Assembly (NCBI GenBank): GCA_964652125.1
Contig: CAZZAE010000002.1
Span: forward strand, 1-52,283
Direction: 5' to 3'
Origin: an uncultured Candidatus Saccharibacteria bacterium
Lineage (GTDB): Bacteria > Patescibacteriota > Saccharimonadia > Saccharimonadales > JANWIN01
Length of the DNA: 52,283 nt
In this document: piece after piece, positions 17,692 to 27,529 of the stretch
Position numbering within the stretch: position 1 is the first letter of the stretch
Layout of the letters: the number at the start of each line of letters is the position of its first letter
Made by a program: the position numbers and the translations under genes
The notes under the pieces: model-generated
Seen by the model: the letters and a program-made list of their open reading frames with translations, nothing else
Databases searched by the model: none
What the model was told of the DNA's origin: nothing

Positions 17692-17744
17692 AGCAGCTAT
17701 TATAGGGATTTCACTGAGAATATCTACTTACAAAACAAAGTCGA

Positions 17745-19004
17745 TTAGGTTCCAATACCCTTATAAACCATAGTTTTTGGTAATTTATGTTTATCAAAAG
17801 CGTTCTTACCGTCAACAAAAACTTTAAATTTTAACATGCCCAGGTCCATCTCGGTAAATTCTCGGTGATTGGTTGCCACTATAATGGCATCTTGGTGTGT
17901 GAGCGCTGATTTTAGGTCTTTTACTGTCGATTTATCGAGAAAGTAAGGATCAAAAATTACGAGTTTTGCGCCTTTAGTCTGCAATATTTTAATTACCTTG
18001 TAGGAGGGGCTTTCACGATCATCAGCCACATTGGCTTTATAGGCAAGTCCGAGTACGGCAACACGAGCTCCCTTTAAGACAAGTCCAGCCTCATTGAGTC
18101 CGTCAATCAATTGTTCAACAGTATATTCTGGCATATGGTTATTGATGGAGCGGGCAAGTGATAAAAACTCATGTTCAAATCCATAACCCCGTGCGTATTC
18201 AATAAGATAATATGGGTCTACAGGAATACAATGGCCACCAACACCTATGCTTGGATAATGAGGCATAAATGAGAATGGTTTAGTGGCTGCTCCGTCAATT
18301 ACGTTCTTAACGTTTATACCTAGCTTTGAAAACGACATGGCTAGCTCATTTACAAACGCTATATTAACGTCACGAAAAGAGTTTTCAACAACCTTTACAG
18401 CCTCCGCTTCCTTGATTGTAGCCATGGCTTTCACTGGAGCATCAATTATTGATTCATAAAAATGCACTGTTTTATCTAGACCTTTTTGATTGCTACTTCC
18501 AGTAACACGGGGGATATTTTCAACACTCCATTTTTTATCACCAGGATTAATTCTTTCAGGACAATGAGAAACGTAAAAATCTTGATTAACTTTTAAGTTC
18601 GATTTGCTCTCAATTAGTGGTATGACTATCTCGTCACACACGCCCGGGTTAATTGTTGACTCAATAATGACCAGTGTATCTTTACTTATTTTTTTTGCTA
18701 CTGAGCTAACGGCACTTTTAAGTGGCTCTAAATCTGGCAGGTAATCATTTTTTACTGGAGTAGGTACACAAATTACAATAATCTTGCCCTCAGCAACGGA
18801 ACTAAAGTCCGAACTTACTTGAAGTTTAGAATTTGGCAAATGATGCGCGACATAGTCGTCATTAATAGGGTCTTTACCATTTTTAATTTTTTCAATCTTA
18901 TCTTGGCTTAAATCCACCCCTACAACGCTATACCCTTTTTTTGAAGCCAATAAAGCCAAAGGTAAACCCACGTACCCAAGTCCAATTACAACTATTTTTT
19001 GCAT
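17745..19004 (-). CDS. UDP-N-acetyl-hexosamine 6-dehydrogenase family (WbpA/TviB/WecC-like nucleotide-sugar dehydrogenase)
   Basis: Rossmann motif KIVVIGLGYVGLPLA. Catalytic Cys motif GVGGHCIPVDPYYL, which is the HexNAc-dehydrogenase flavour rather than the Ugd GGSCFPKD. ATG at 19004 is preferred over TTG at 19025. Confidence 0.88.
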   Translation of the reverse strand: MQKIVVIGLGYVGLPLALLASKKGYSVVGVDLSQDKIEKIKNGKDPINDDYVAHHLPNSKLQVSSDFSSVAEGKIIVICVPTPVKNDYLPDLEPLKSAVSSVAKKISKDTLVIIESTINPGVCDEIVIPLIESKSNLKVNQDFYVSHCPERINPGDKKWSVENIPRVTGSSNQKGLDKTVHFYESIIDAPVKAMATIKEAEAVKVVENSFRDVNIAFVNELAMSFSKLGINVKNVIDGAATKPFSFMPHYPSIGVGGHCIPVDPYYLIEYARGYGFEHEFLSLARSINNHMPEYTVEQLIDGLNEAGLVLKGARVAVLGLAYKANVADDRESPSYKVIKILQTKGAKLVIFDPYFLDKSTVKDLKSALTHQDAIIVATNHREFTEMDLGMLKFKVFVDGKNAFDKHKLPKTMVYKGIGT

Positions 19005-19097
19005 ACAACACTCATATATTCTCAAATAATAATAGCAGATATGTGGTCATATCTTTCAGATAAGTTCTAGTTTTATACCTGCGAACTTGGATATTCA

Positions 19098-19961
19098 CTA
19101 ACTATTGATCAAAGATAGTAGATACTGGCCGTAGCCACTTTTTTTCAGAGGCTCGGCAAGTCTTTCAATTTGATTGGCATCGATAAACCCTTTTTGGTAA
19201 GCTATCTCCTCAATACATCCTATTTTCAATCCCTGGCGCTCTTCAATCACCTGTACAAATTGGGCAGCCTGAGTCATCGAATCAAAGGTACCAGTATCAA
19301 GCCAAGCAGATCCACGATCGAGCAAACAGACTTTTAGCTTACCTTGCTTTAAATAAGCATCCAAAACTGACGTTATTTCCAATTCGCCCCTGTCACTTGG
19401 AATTACAGATTTGGCTATCTGAATAACTGAATTGTCAAAAAAGTACAAACCAGCATTGGCATAATTAGATTTTGGTTGATCGGGTTTTTCCTCAATCGAT
19501 AAAGCGTTCATATCTTTGTCAAATTCATAAACGCCATAACGTTTGGGATTGGCAACTTGAGCAGCAAAGCCAACAGCACCATCCACATTAGTATATTGTT
19601 TGAGTTGTTGATCTATTTGCGTTCCGTAAAAAATATTATCACCTAAAATCATTGCCACTTTATCTTCTGCAATGAAATCCACGCCAATAATAAAAGCATC
19701 AGCTAGGCCTTTGGGTTGTTCCTGGGCTTTATAACTGAAACTACAACCAATTTGGTGGCCATCACCAAGCAGTTGTTCAAATCGAGGCAAATCGTGGGGT
19801 GTAGAGATTATTAATATGTCTCGGATGCCAGCACTCATGAGTGTACTTAACGGATAGTAAATCATAGGTTTATCGTAGATTGGCATTAATTGTTTGCTAA
19901 CTGCTAATGTCAGTGGATACAGACGTGTTCCCGATCCCCCCGCTAAAATAATTCCCTTCAT
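19098..19961 (-). CDS. rfbA: Glucose-1-phosphate thymidylyltransferase
   Basis: [18 protein letters not shown]...[21 protein letters not shown] at 19961 lies 8 nt after AAGGAG; an alternative ATG at 19967 overlaps the rfbD stop. Confidence 0.93.
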   Translation of the reverse strand: MKGIILAGGSGTRLYPLTLAVSKQLMPIYDKPMIYYPLSTLMSAGIRDILIISTPHDLPRFEQLLGDGHQIGCSFSYKAQEQPKGLADAFIIGVDFIAEDKVAMILGDNIFYGTQIDQQLKQYTNVDGAVGFAAQVANPKRYGVYEFDKDMNALSIEEKPDQPKSNYANAGLYFFDNSVIQIAKSVIPSDRGELEITSVLDAYLKQGKLKVCLLDRGSAWLDTGTFDSMTQAAQFVQVIEERQGLKIGCIEEIAYQKGFIDANQIERLAEPLKKSGYGQYLLSLINS

Positions 19962-19963
19962 TA

Positions 19964-20812
19964 TCATGACTCCTTTTCTATATAATCTGCCAAATCTTGA
20001 TGCCAATCGTTACTTACAAAACCGAGTGAGTGAATTTTAGTTAGATCTAGGGTACTTTGTAATGGACGAGTAGCAACATCTGACTTACCCCGATAATACT
20101 CTTCTGTGGTTGCTTCTGTAATAGTGATATTTAGTTCAGCCTGTCGAAAAATCTCCCGTGTAATATCTGCCCAACTGGTTGGTTCACCATCATTTGAAAT
20201 ATTGTAGGTACCAAATTTTGCTTGGTTTTTAAGTAGATGGTCTATAGCCCGAACAAGCTCGCTAGTAAATGTTAGTCTTCCGATTTGGTCATTTACAACT
20301 TTAGGATTAATTCCTTTTTGGCCAAGCTCTAACATGGTACGGACAAAGTTTTTACCTTCGCCAATCAACCAGGATGTTCTCAGAATATAGTGTTTGGGTG
20401 CTAGGCCAACCACAATATCTCCAGCCGCTTTACTAGCTCCATATACGCTTAACGGGCTGAATTGCTCATCTTCAGTATGTGGGTTTTGATGACCATCAAA
20501 AACATAGTCAGAAGAAATATGGACAAGTGTTATATCGTGCTTGGCTGCAACTTGTTGTAAATGCCCTACAGCTGTAGCATTAACTTTCCAGGCGTTAGCG
20601 CGGCCTTCAATTGTCTCAGCTCCATCAACGTTAGTATAGGCTGCTGCATTTAGGATTATTTTGGTACTTGTCCAATCAAAAGTATCCACAGACTTTTTGG
20701 CAGTTATATCAAGCTCATCAATATCAGCACTCTTGGCACCAGGATATTGTTGGTGTAGGGCAGTTCCCAATTGTCCGTTGGCGCCAATTATAAAAATACT
20801 GTTTTCATCCAT
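19964..20812 (-). CDS. rfbD: dTDP-4-dehydrorhamnose reductase
   Basis: 282 aa. IIGANGQLG Rossmann motif and the YGASKAAGD catalytic YxxxK. Located in the rfb operon. Confidence 0.9.
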   Translation of the reverse strand: MDENSIFIIGANGQLGTALHQQYPGAKSADIDELDITAKKSVDTFDWTSTKIILNAAAYTNVDGAETIEGRANAWKVNATAVGHLQQVAAKHDITLVHISSDYVFDGHQNPHTEDEQFSPLSVYGASKAAGDIVVGLAPKHYILRTSWLIGEGKNFVRTMLELGQKGINPKVVNDQIGRLTFTSELVRAIDHLLKNQAKFGTYNISNDGEPTSWADITREIFRQAELNITITEATTEEYYRGKSDVATRPLQSTLDLTKIHSLGFVSNDWHQDLADYIEKES

Positions 20813-21362
20813 GACTAAGCACCTCTTTAAGCGATGGATTACTGCGGTCTTTATCGGAAATAATCATACCGTGACCTTCTGCTATTGGCCAGCTAATATT
20901 GAGATCTGGGTCAAGTGGATTACATGCTGATCCAGGCATATTGGGTTGCCATTCTTTTTCAAAATAATATAGATATACTGATGGTTCATTGCTGATAGAC
21001 TGAAATGAATTTCCAAGGCCCTTTGAAATAAACAAACCCTGGCCACGTTCCAACTGGAAGCCTTGCCATTGACCGGAAGTGTCAGAAGTCTTTCTCAAGT
21101 CAACGATTGCAGCATATATTTTTCCACTAGCCACAGAAACTAATTTATGAGCATCTTCAGCATGAATGCCACGCACGGCACCTTTAACTGACAGTGGTGC
21201 GTTAACTTGAGGTCGTTCATCGAGACTGGGTAATCCAAGGCTAGCAAAATCTGATTGCCGGTAGAACTCCATTACTGATCCACGATCATCTTCAATGACT
21301 TTAAATTGGACTATCCATAAACCCTCTAAATTTGTTTTACTTGCTTGCATTGGTTGAATCAT
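20805..21362 (-). CDS. rfbC: dTDP-4-dehydrorhamnose 3,5-epimerase
   Basis: 185-aa cupin-type protein with a RGIHAE motif. Overlaps both rfbB and rfbD. Confidence 0.85.
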   Translation of the reverse strand: MIQPMQASKTNLEGLWIVQFKVIEDDRGSVMEFYRQSDFASLGLPSLDERPQVNAPLSVKGAVRGIHAEDAHKLVSVASGKIYAAIVDLRKTSDTSGQWQGFQLERGQGLFISKGLGNSFQSISNEPSVYLYYFEKEWQPNMPGSACNPLDPDLNISWPIAEGHGMIISDKDRSNPSLKEVLSHG

Positions 21363-22387
21363 CCCTCAATCCTTTGGCTTTGAGCTTTCGTATCGTAAAT
21401 TCCACTTGTGCGCATTAAGTCGAGACGTTGCTTATATGGGAGCCACCAGGCTTCATGAGCTTTGTACCATTCAATTGTTAAAGCAATGCCTTCTTCAAAT
21501 GAGACACTCTGCTTCCAGCCTAGAGTTTTTTCAATGTAGGCTGGATCAATATCATAACGCATGTCATGACCAGGTCGATCAGTGACGAATTCTATTAAAT
21601 CATTGGGCTTGCCAAGGGTTTTTAATATAACTTCGGCCACCTGTACACTGTTACGTTGTGCAGCTCCGCCGACACAATAAGTTTCACCGATTTTACCTTC
21701 GTGCAGCGTTAAATCAATAGCTGTGCAATGATCAGTCACGAATAAGTAATCACGTACTGCTTTACCATCACCATAAATTGGCAGCGGTTTGTTTTGCAGG
21801 GCGTTAGTTATAAAGACCGGGATTATCCGTCCAGGTGAATCGTAAGGGCCGTAATTATTTGAACAGTTAGTGATAGTAAAAGGCAGGCCATAGGTTTCGC
21901 CGTAAGCCCGTACTATATGATCACTGGAGGCTTTTGAAGCAGAGTAAGGGCTGCGAGGATCATAGGGAGTATTTTCATTGAAACGCTTGGAACTGCCTAG
22001 TTCTAATGAGCCAAAAACTTCATCTGTGGATATGTGATGGAACCGTTTAACTTTATGTTTTATGGCGGCTCGGGCTAGAGTCTCGGTGCCTAAGATATTT
22101 GTTTTTAAAAAGGGACCTGGATCGGCAATTGATCTATCAACGTGGCTCTCGGCAGCAAAATGTATTACCCAATCTTGACCTTTTACTACTTCGTCCATAG
22201 CTTTTGAGTCAGTAATATCAGCCTCTATAAATTTAATCTTAGAATCTATATCAGCTAGACGGCCACGATCGCCAGCATAAGTTAGGGCATCAACAATGGT
22301 AATTTGATAATCCGGTGATTTATTTATAAGGTAGCGTACAAAATTGCTGCCAATGAAACCGGCACCGCCAGTTACAAGTATTTTCAT
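21359..22387 (-). CDS. rfbB: dTDP-glucose 4,6-dehydratase
   Basis: ILVTGGAGFIGSNFV, STDEVFG and YSASKASSDHIVRAY motifs. First gene of the rfbBCDA operon. Confidence 0.93.
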   Translation of the reverse strand: MKILVTGGAGFIGSNFVRYLINKSPDYQITIVDALTYAGDRGRLADIDSKIKFIEADITDSKAMDEVVKGQDWVIHFAAESHVDRSIADPGPFLKTNILGTETLARAAIKHKVKRFHHISTDEVFGSLELGSSKRFNENTPYDPRSPYSASKASSDHIVRAYGETYGLPFTITNCSNNYGPYDSPGRIIPVFITNALQNKPLPIYGDGKAVRDYLFVTDHCTAIDLTLHEGKIGETYCVGGAAQRNSVQVAEVILKTLGKPNDLIEFVTDRPGHDMRYDIDPAYIEKTLGWKQSVSFEEGIALTIEWYKAHEAWWLPYKQRLDLMRTSGIYDTKAQSQRIEG

Positions 22388-22449
22388 TTCTCCAGTATAA
22401 CAATATTTCCTCTGTAATTAGATAGCGCTCTGATATTATTACATTGCAT

Positions 22450-23202
22450 ATGAAAAAAGTTATTGCATTCGATTTGGATGAAACGCTCACAGAAACTCGT
22501 TCACCTATAACTACTGAAATGGCATCCTTGCTAAATCAATTATTAAATAAATATCAGATTTGCGTAATTTCGGGTGGTAATTTTGAACAATTCCAAAAGC
22601 AATTACTAAATCACTTTGATATTGAAACTAAATTGTTGACTTCTCTTCACATAATGCCAACATGCGGCACTCGTTATTACAGATATAACCCGCAAAAAAA
22701 TATCTGGGCAGAAATTTATTCTGAAAATCTAAGCGACCACCAAAGGACAACAATAAAAAATGCTATGAAAGAAATTACTAAAGAACTGGGCTATCCTCTA
22801 AAAGAAGCAAAGGGTAAATTGATTGATGATCGAGGTAGCCAAATTACTTATCAAGCTCTTGGGCTGGATGCAAAAGTAAAAGTAAAGAAAGCTTGGGATC
22901 CTAGTGGGGAAAAGAAACGTAAAATCCGTGATATGTTGGCGCCAAAATTACCAGATTTTGAGGTTCGTACTGGCGGGACAACATCAATAGACGTTACAAC
23001 CAAAGGAATGGACAAAGCTTATGGAATGAAAAAGTTAATGGAACAATTGAATATCAAAAAAGAAGATATATTGTTTATAGGCGATCGTGTATGGGAAGGT
23101 GGCAATGACTACCCGGTCAAGCTTTTGGGGATAGATACCATATCAGTCCGCGGCTTTGAACACACTCCTGAAGTAGTACGCAAAATACTAGATGAAACTT
23201 AA
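22450..23202 (+). CDS. HAD-IIB family hydrolase (phosphomannomutase/sugar-phosphatase-like)
   Basis: MKKVIAFDLDETLT (DxD nucleophile motif), ISGG, and GDRVWEGGNDYP (the distal Asp motif). Confidence 0.65.
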   Translation: MKKVIAFDLDETLTETRSPITTEMASLLNQLLNKYQICVISGGNFEQFQKQLLNHFDIETKLLTSLHIMPTCGTRYYRYNPQKNIWAEIYSENLSDHQRTTIKNAMKEITKELGYPLKEAKGKLIDDRGSQITYQALGLDAKVKVKKAWDPSGEKKRKIRDMLAPKLPDFEVRTGGTTSIDVTTKGMDKAYGMKKLMEQLNIKKEDILFIGDRVWEGGNDYPVKLLGIDTISVRGFEHTPEVVRKILDET

Positions 23203-23212
23203 CTCTCGATTA

Positions 23213-24313
23213 TTACTTCGTTATCAAATCAGTGATTTTATTCTTAAAGTTTTCCAGGCTAAATTGTTTGGCATGATCTACAATTGTCTGATTATTATAT
23301 TTGCTAGTTTTTTTTGCAGAAATAATAGCAGTTAATGATTCTGCAGATTGCTCATCAAAAAATTCTCCAGTCTGCCCCGGAATTACATAATCCAAAGCTC
23401 CTCCTGCACGAAAAGCTATTACTGGTGTGCCAGCGGCCATAGCCTCAACCGCTACAATTCCAAAATCCTCTTTACCTGGAAGAATAAAAGCTTCGGCAGT
23501 TTGAAAATGTTGTGGCATTTCTTCATCGGTTACATCTGTCAAAAAGGTTATTGTTGATCCGGCATTTTTAGTTAGTTTTATATGCTCTGGTCCTTGGCCA
23601 ATAACTTTGAGCTCTAGCCCAAGCTTAGTGCAGGCGGCTATGGCCACGTCTTTTCGCATATAGGGTGTTTGACGACCAGCGGTAATGTAACCTTTGCGTG
23701 GTTGGTTATTAATTGGTCTGAATCTGTCTATATCAACTGGTGGGTGAATGATTAAAGATTCACGACCATAGTATTCTTTAATGTTGGACTGAGTAAACGT
23801 CGAGTTAGCAATAAATGTTGTTGGTCTTTGAGCAGCTTTATAGTCCCATCGCCTCATTGGTCCGACCAAAAGTTTTAGTCCTAACTTAGCTAGCGGATCC
23901 AGTGCTCCAAACCCTGGATTTTTCATGTATTCATCGTAACGAATCCAATAGTAATGGGTTGGTGAGTGGCAATAACAGATATGTTTGGCACTTGGTTTTA
24001 GTTGCTTAATAAATTTAGCTTCAGCTCCACTGGAAGAAATTACTAAATCATATTCTTTTAAGTCCAATTTACTAAAGCTCCAAGCTCTCAGTACTGGCAA
24101 GAATTTCCTTAAAGTTTTTGGAAGTTTTTGAAGCCATGAGGTCCGAACATCTGCATCTTTGAACCAATCAACAGCATCAGGATCATATTGAGAAGTATAA
24201 ATTGGTGCCTTTGGAAACATTTTGTGGAGCTCCAGGACTACTCGTTCGGCTCCGCCGTAGCCAACCAACCAATCACAAACAATTGCCACTTTGAGCTCGG
24301 TTAAGTTATTCAT
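23213..24313 (-). CDS. Glycosyltransferase family 4
   Basis: 366 aa. GKEDFGIVAVEAMAAGTPVIAFRAGGALDYV (EX7E-type motif). Start is adjacent to the stop of the initiating transferase. Confidence 0.85.
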   Translation of the reverse strand: MNNLTELKVAIVCDWLVGYGGAERVVLELHKMFPKAPIYTSQYDPDAVDWFKDADVRTSWLQKLPKTLRKFLPVLRAWSFSKLDLKEYDLVISSSGAEAKFIKQLKPSAKHICYCHSPTHYYWIRYDEYMKNPGFGALDPLAKLGLKLLVGPMRRWDYKAAQRPTTFIANSTFTQSNIKEYYGRESLIIHPPVDIDRFRPINNQPRKGYITAGRQTPYMRKDVAIAACTKLGLELKVIGQGPEHIKLTKNAGSTITFLTDVTDEEMPQHFQTAEAFILPGKEDFGIVAVEAMAAGTPVIAFRAGGALDYVIPGQTGEFFDEQSAESLTAIISAKKTSKYNNQTIVDHAKQFSLENFKNKITDLITK

Positions 24314-25743
24314 TAACTGCCTTGCAGGACCACTCGAATTGTCTTAACCAAAATAATTAAATCTACCCAAAAGCTCCAGTTCTGAACGTAGTACATATCA
24401 AGTTGTCGGCGCTCATCAAAAGTTATATTCTTGCGCCCAGAAACTTGTGCTAAACCGGTTAAACCGGATTTGACACTTAAAATAGCATGTCTTTTATCAT
24501 GATTATCTAGCTCTTCAGGCACTAGGGCACGAGGTCCGACTAAACTAATATCGCCATTAATGACATTAAAAAGTTGAGGCAATTCATCCAGACTGGTTTT
24601 ACGTAAAAACCGACCCATGGCGCTCAGCCGAGGGTCTTTATAAAGAAAATCTCCATTCTCACGATATTGCTTTGCCAATTCTGGTTGGCCCATTTTACTA
24701 AAGCCTTCTTCAGGAGTTAGACCACTATACTGTTTTTTCATTGTCCGAAACTTAAAAACTCGAAACTTATGGTTAAAACGAGTTAAGCGGGTTTGACGGA
24801 AAAATACTGAGCCCCCGCCAAATATTTTTAAAGATAAGGCGATTATTAACAAAAATGGTGAGACAAGAATCAATATAATTGTTCCAAGAACCAGATCAAA
24901 CAGGCGTTTTATTATTCTACCCCAACCCAGCAGTGCTGTTTGGTGGACTGCTATCACTGGAATCGAAGATCTAAACAGCTCCACGGCAATATTGCCAACA
25001 AATAGTTCCATGTTTCCAGGTATGAACCGATAAGCTATATGGTTGGCTTGAGCAAAGCTTAGTATTTCATCATTTTTGCCAGTATTTGAATAAAGTTCTG
25101 TTTGAACAATACTATGTATATTATCTAGACCAATACTCTCACAGGCGTCTTGAAAAGTAGTATAAACTTTGATATTTTTAGCACCTTCAATTCTATGCTT
25201 GCTGCCAACTACACCAACTATACAGTATCCTGATATTTTATAATCGCGCAGTGAATCAATCAGCTTTTCAGCAATTTTGGTATCGCCAACAATTAAAATA
25301 TTGGTGATACCGACACCGTAATTAAATAGTAGTGTACGAATAAAACGTGCTACGTTTCGAAAGATAACTAAAAATATAAAAGCAAGTACGAAACCGTAAA
25401 TTGGGACTAGGCGGGCCGGAAGTATTGGTTTTGCTGCCAAAAAGTTCCAAAAGACAACAAATAACATACCAACAAAGGAGCCTATGAATAATCTCCCGAG
25501 TTCACTGAACCGTTTTTCATGAATTGACGAACTATAAAGTCCAAGCAAACCAAAAATTAGTATCCAAAAAGGTAGTAGAACTAAGAAAACACTTAGATAG
25601 GTGTGAGCGTGTACGGGTGTCTCCAGGGCACGATGGCTAAGAGTAACTCTTAATATATATGCACCTACGAAGGCAGCCACGAGCGCCAAGGAATCACCAA
25701 TTACTAAAAATAAGCTATAAATCAATGAAGCGTTATTTTTCAT
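24313..25743 (-). CDS. Polyprenyl-phosphate glycosyl-1-phosphate transferase (WbaP/EpsL-type initiating sugar transferase)
   Basis: 476 aa. Four or five N-terminal TM helices. C-terminal bacterial sugar-transferase core KRLFDLVLG...FFRQTRLTRFNHKFRVFKFRTM...DELPQLFNVINGDISLVGPRA. Confidence 0.9.
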   Translation of the reverse strand: MKNNASLIYSLFLVIGDSLALVAAFVGAYILRVTLSHRALETPVHAHTYLSVFLVLLPFWILIFGLLGLYSSSIHEKRFSELGRLFIGSFVGMLFVVFWNFLAAKPILPARLVPIYGFVLAFIFLVIFRNVARFIRTLLFNYGVGITNILIVGDTKIAEKLIDSLRDYKISGYCIVGVVGSKHRIEGAKNIKVYTTFQDACESIGLDNIHSIVQTELYSNTGKNDEILSFAQANHIAYRFIPGNMELFVGNIAVELFRSSIPVIAVHQTALLGWGRIIKRLFDLVLGTIILILVSPFLLIIALSLKIFGGGSVFFRQTRLTRFNHKFRVFKFRTMKKQYSGLTPEEGFSKMGQPELAKQYRENGDFLYKDPRLSAMGRFLRKTSLDELPQLFNVINGDISLVGPRALVPEELDNHDKRHAILSVKSGLTGLAQVSGRKNITFDERRQLDMYYVQNWSFWVDLIILVKTIRVVLQGS

Positions 25744-25764
25744 CTATACTAGATTGTAGCACTC

Positions 25765-27093
25765 ATGAACATATCTGTTAGCAAATCAAAGCTTGCCACG
25801 ACACTAGCTTGGGCAGTGATCCTTATTTTTTTATTAATGCCCCTGCATGCTGTTTTTACTACTTGGCTAGGTGCCACGATTGGTCACTTTGATTTATTTC
25901 GAATCTGGAAAGAGCTACTGCTTGTGCCCATGGCCTTTGTGGCTTTACTACTGGCCGCCCGGGACAAACGGCTAAAAGAGTGGCTATTTAGCAGTCCTTT
26001 AGTGCTTCTAATATTGCTATATATACTGCTTCACATCATTTTAGGAGTTTACGCGCTTTCAGCAGGCAATGTTAATGCTTCAGCACTTATCTATGCCTTG
26101 TTAATAAATCTTAGGTTCTTCGTATTTTTTCTTGTTGTTCTCATTATTGCCAAGCAGCTGCCCTGGCTGAGTAAAAACTGGCATAAATATGTGTTATGTC
26201 CAGCTATCATAGTAGTTGTTTTTGGTCTTCTTCAATTATTTATTTTGCCCAAAAATGTACTGTCACATGTCGGCTATGGACCTCATACTATCCCGGCCTA
26301 TCAGACAGTAGATCAAAAGCCTAGTTATGCTCGTCTGCAATCTACACTAAGAGGTCCGAATCCACTTGGAGCCTACCTGGTGCTAATTATTACAGTCATT
26401 GTTGGGATTGCACTTAAATCTAAAAAACAAAAATGGCTTTGGGTTTTGGGCCTTGGATCTTTAATAGTTCTTGTCTTCACTTATTCTCGCGCTGCTTGGC
26501 TTGGATTAATACTAAGCTTGGTTTTACTAATATATTGGAGTGTAAAAAGCGGTAAACTTAAACGGCAGATTAGTATCCTGTTAGTTGGGATATTGATTTT
26601 AGGCTCGGGCTTAGTTCTGATTTGGCGTCATAATAGCTTGCTCGATAACACACTATTTCATACCGATAAATCGTCCCATTCAGCGGAAAGTTCCAATGCA
26701 GTACGCACAGAAGCAATGCTTCACGGTGCTAAATCTGTTTTACATCAACCAATTGGCTACGGACCCGGTAGTGCAGGACCGGCATCCGTTCGCAATAATC
26801 ATCCGCCTAGAATTGCTGATAATTATTTTATTCAAATTGGTCAGGAAGTAGGTATATTAGGACTGGGATTATTCATTGCTATTAATTTCTTAGTAGCAAA
26901 ATCATTATGGGCCATCCGCTTCGAACTTCTGCCTAAAATATTACTAGCCAGCTTGATTGGTTTGACGCTGGTTAACATGTTGTCACATGCTTGGGCCGAC
27001 GATACCCTAGCTTACCTATGGTGGGGATTAGCTGGCTTAGCATTAGCACCATCTGTTATACTGAACAAAGAGCGAAAAAAGCAACATGTTTAG
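25765..27093 (+). CDS. O-antigen ligase/polymerase-like (Wzy_C domain) membrane protein
   Basis: 442 aa with at least 10 TM helices. Central FTYSRAAWLGLILSLV motif, followed by a periplasmic-type loop containing H and R residues. Confidence 0.8.
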   Translation: MNISVSKSKLATTLAWAVILIFLLMPLHAVFTTWLGATIGHFDLFRIWKELLLVPMAFVALLLAARDKRLKEWLFSSPLVLLILLYILLHIILGVYALSAGNVNASALIYALLINLRFFVFFLVVLIIAKQLPWLSKNWHKYVLCPAIIVVVFGLLQLFILPKNVLSHVGYGPHTIPAYQTVDQKPSYARLQSTLRGPNPLGAYLVLIITVIVGIALKSKKQKWLWVLGLGSLIVLVFTYSRAAWLGLILSLVLLIYWSVKSGKLKRQISILLVGILILGSGLVLIWRHNSLLDNTLFHTDKSSHSAESSNAVRTEAMLHGAKSVLHQPIGYGPGSAGPASVRNNHPPRIADNYFIQIGQEVGILGLGLFIAINFLVAKSLWAIRFELLPKILLASLIGLTLVNMLSHAWADDTLAYLWWGLAGLALAPSVILNKERKKQHV

Positions 27094-27526
27094 ACTTAAG
27101 AAAAAAGATGCCCGTGAAGTTAAGCGAATAACTGAATATCTAGTTAGCGGTGGAGCCTATTTTTGGAGCGGTTACCTAGCATTTTTTGTAGGTGATAAAG
27201 TATTCCATCTCAATCTTTGGTGGGCTAAATTGGCTGCCAACATGTTTGGCTGGACAGTTAATTATTTACTCCAGAGATTCTGGGTCTTTAATAATCCCAA
27301 GCTCAAAAAGCATCGGGTTGATGTTACCAGTCGCTATATAATTATTACAGCTGTAGATTTTATTATTGATTACTTAATTGTCAGTTGGCTGAAATCTATT
27401 GGCATATCACCCTACATTGGCCAGTTTATATCTTCTGCCTTTTTCACTGTTTGGAACTATTTGTGGTACCGACTTTGGGTATTTCCGGACAAGTTTCCCC
27501 GCCATAAACGGATATCGGTAGCTTAA
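27086..27526 (+). CDS. GtrA-family small membrane protein (candidate lipid-linked sugar translocase)
   Basis: 146 aa with 4 TM helices. YLVSGGAYFWSGYL...WNYLWYRLWVF is typical of GtrA-like proteins. Overlaps the upstream gene by 8 nt. Confidence 0.85.
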   Translation: MFRLKKKDAREVKRITEYLVSGGAYFWSGYLAFFVGDKVFHLNLWWAKLAANMFGWTVNYLLQRFWVFNNPKLKKHRVDVTSRYIIITAVDFIIDYLIVSWLKSIGISPYIGQFISSAFFTVWNYLWYRLWVFPDKFPRHKRISVA

Positions 27527-27529
27527 GCT

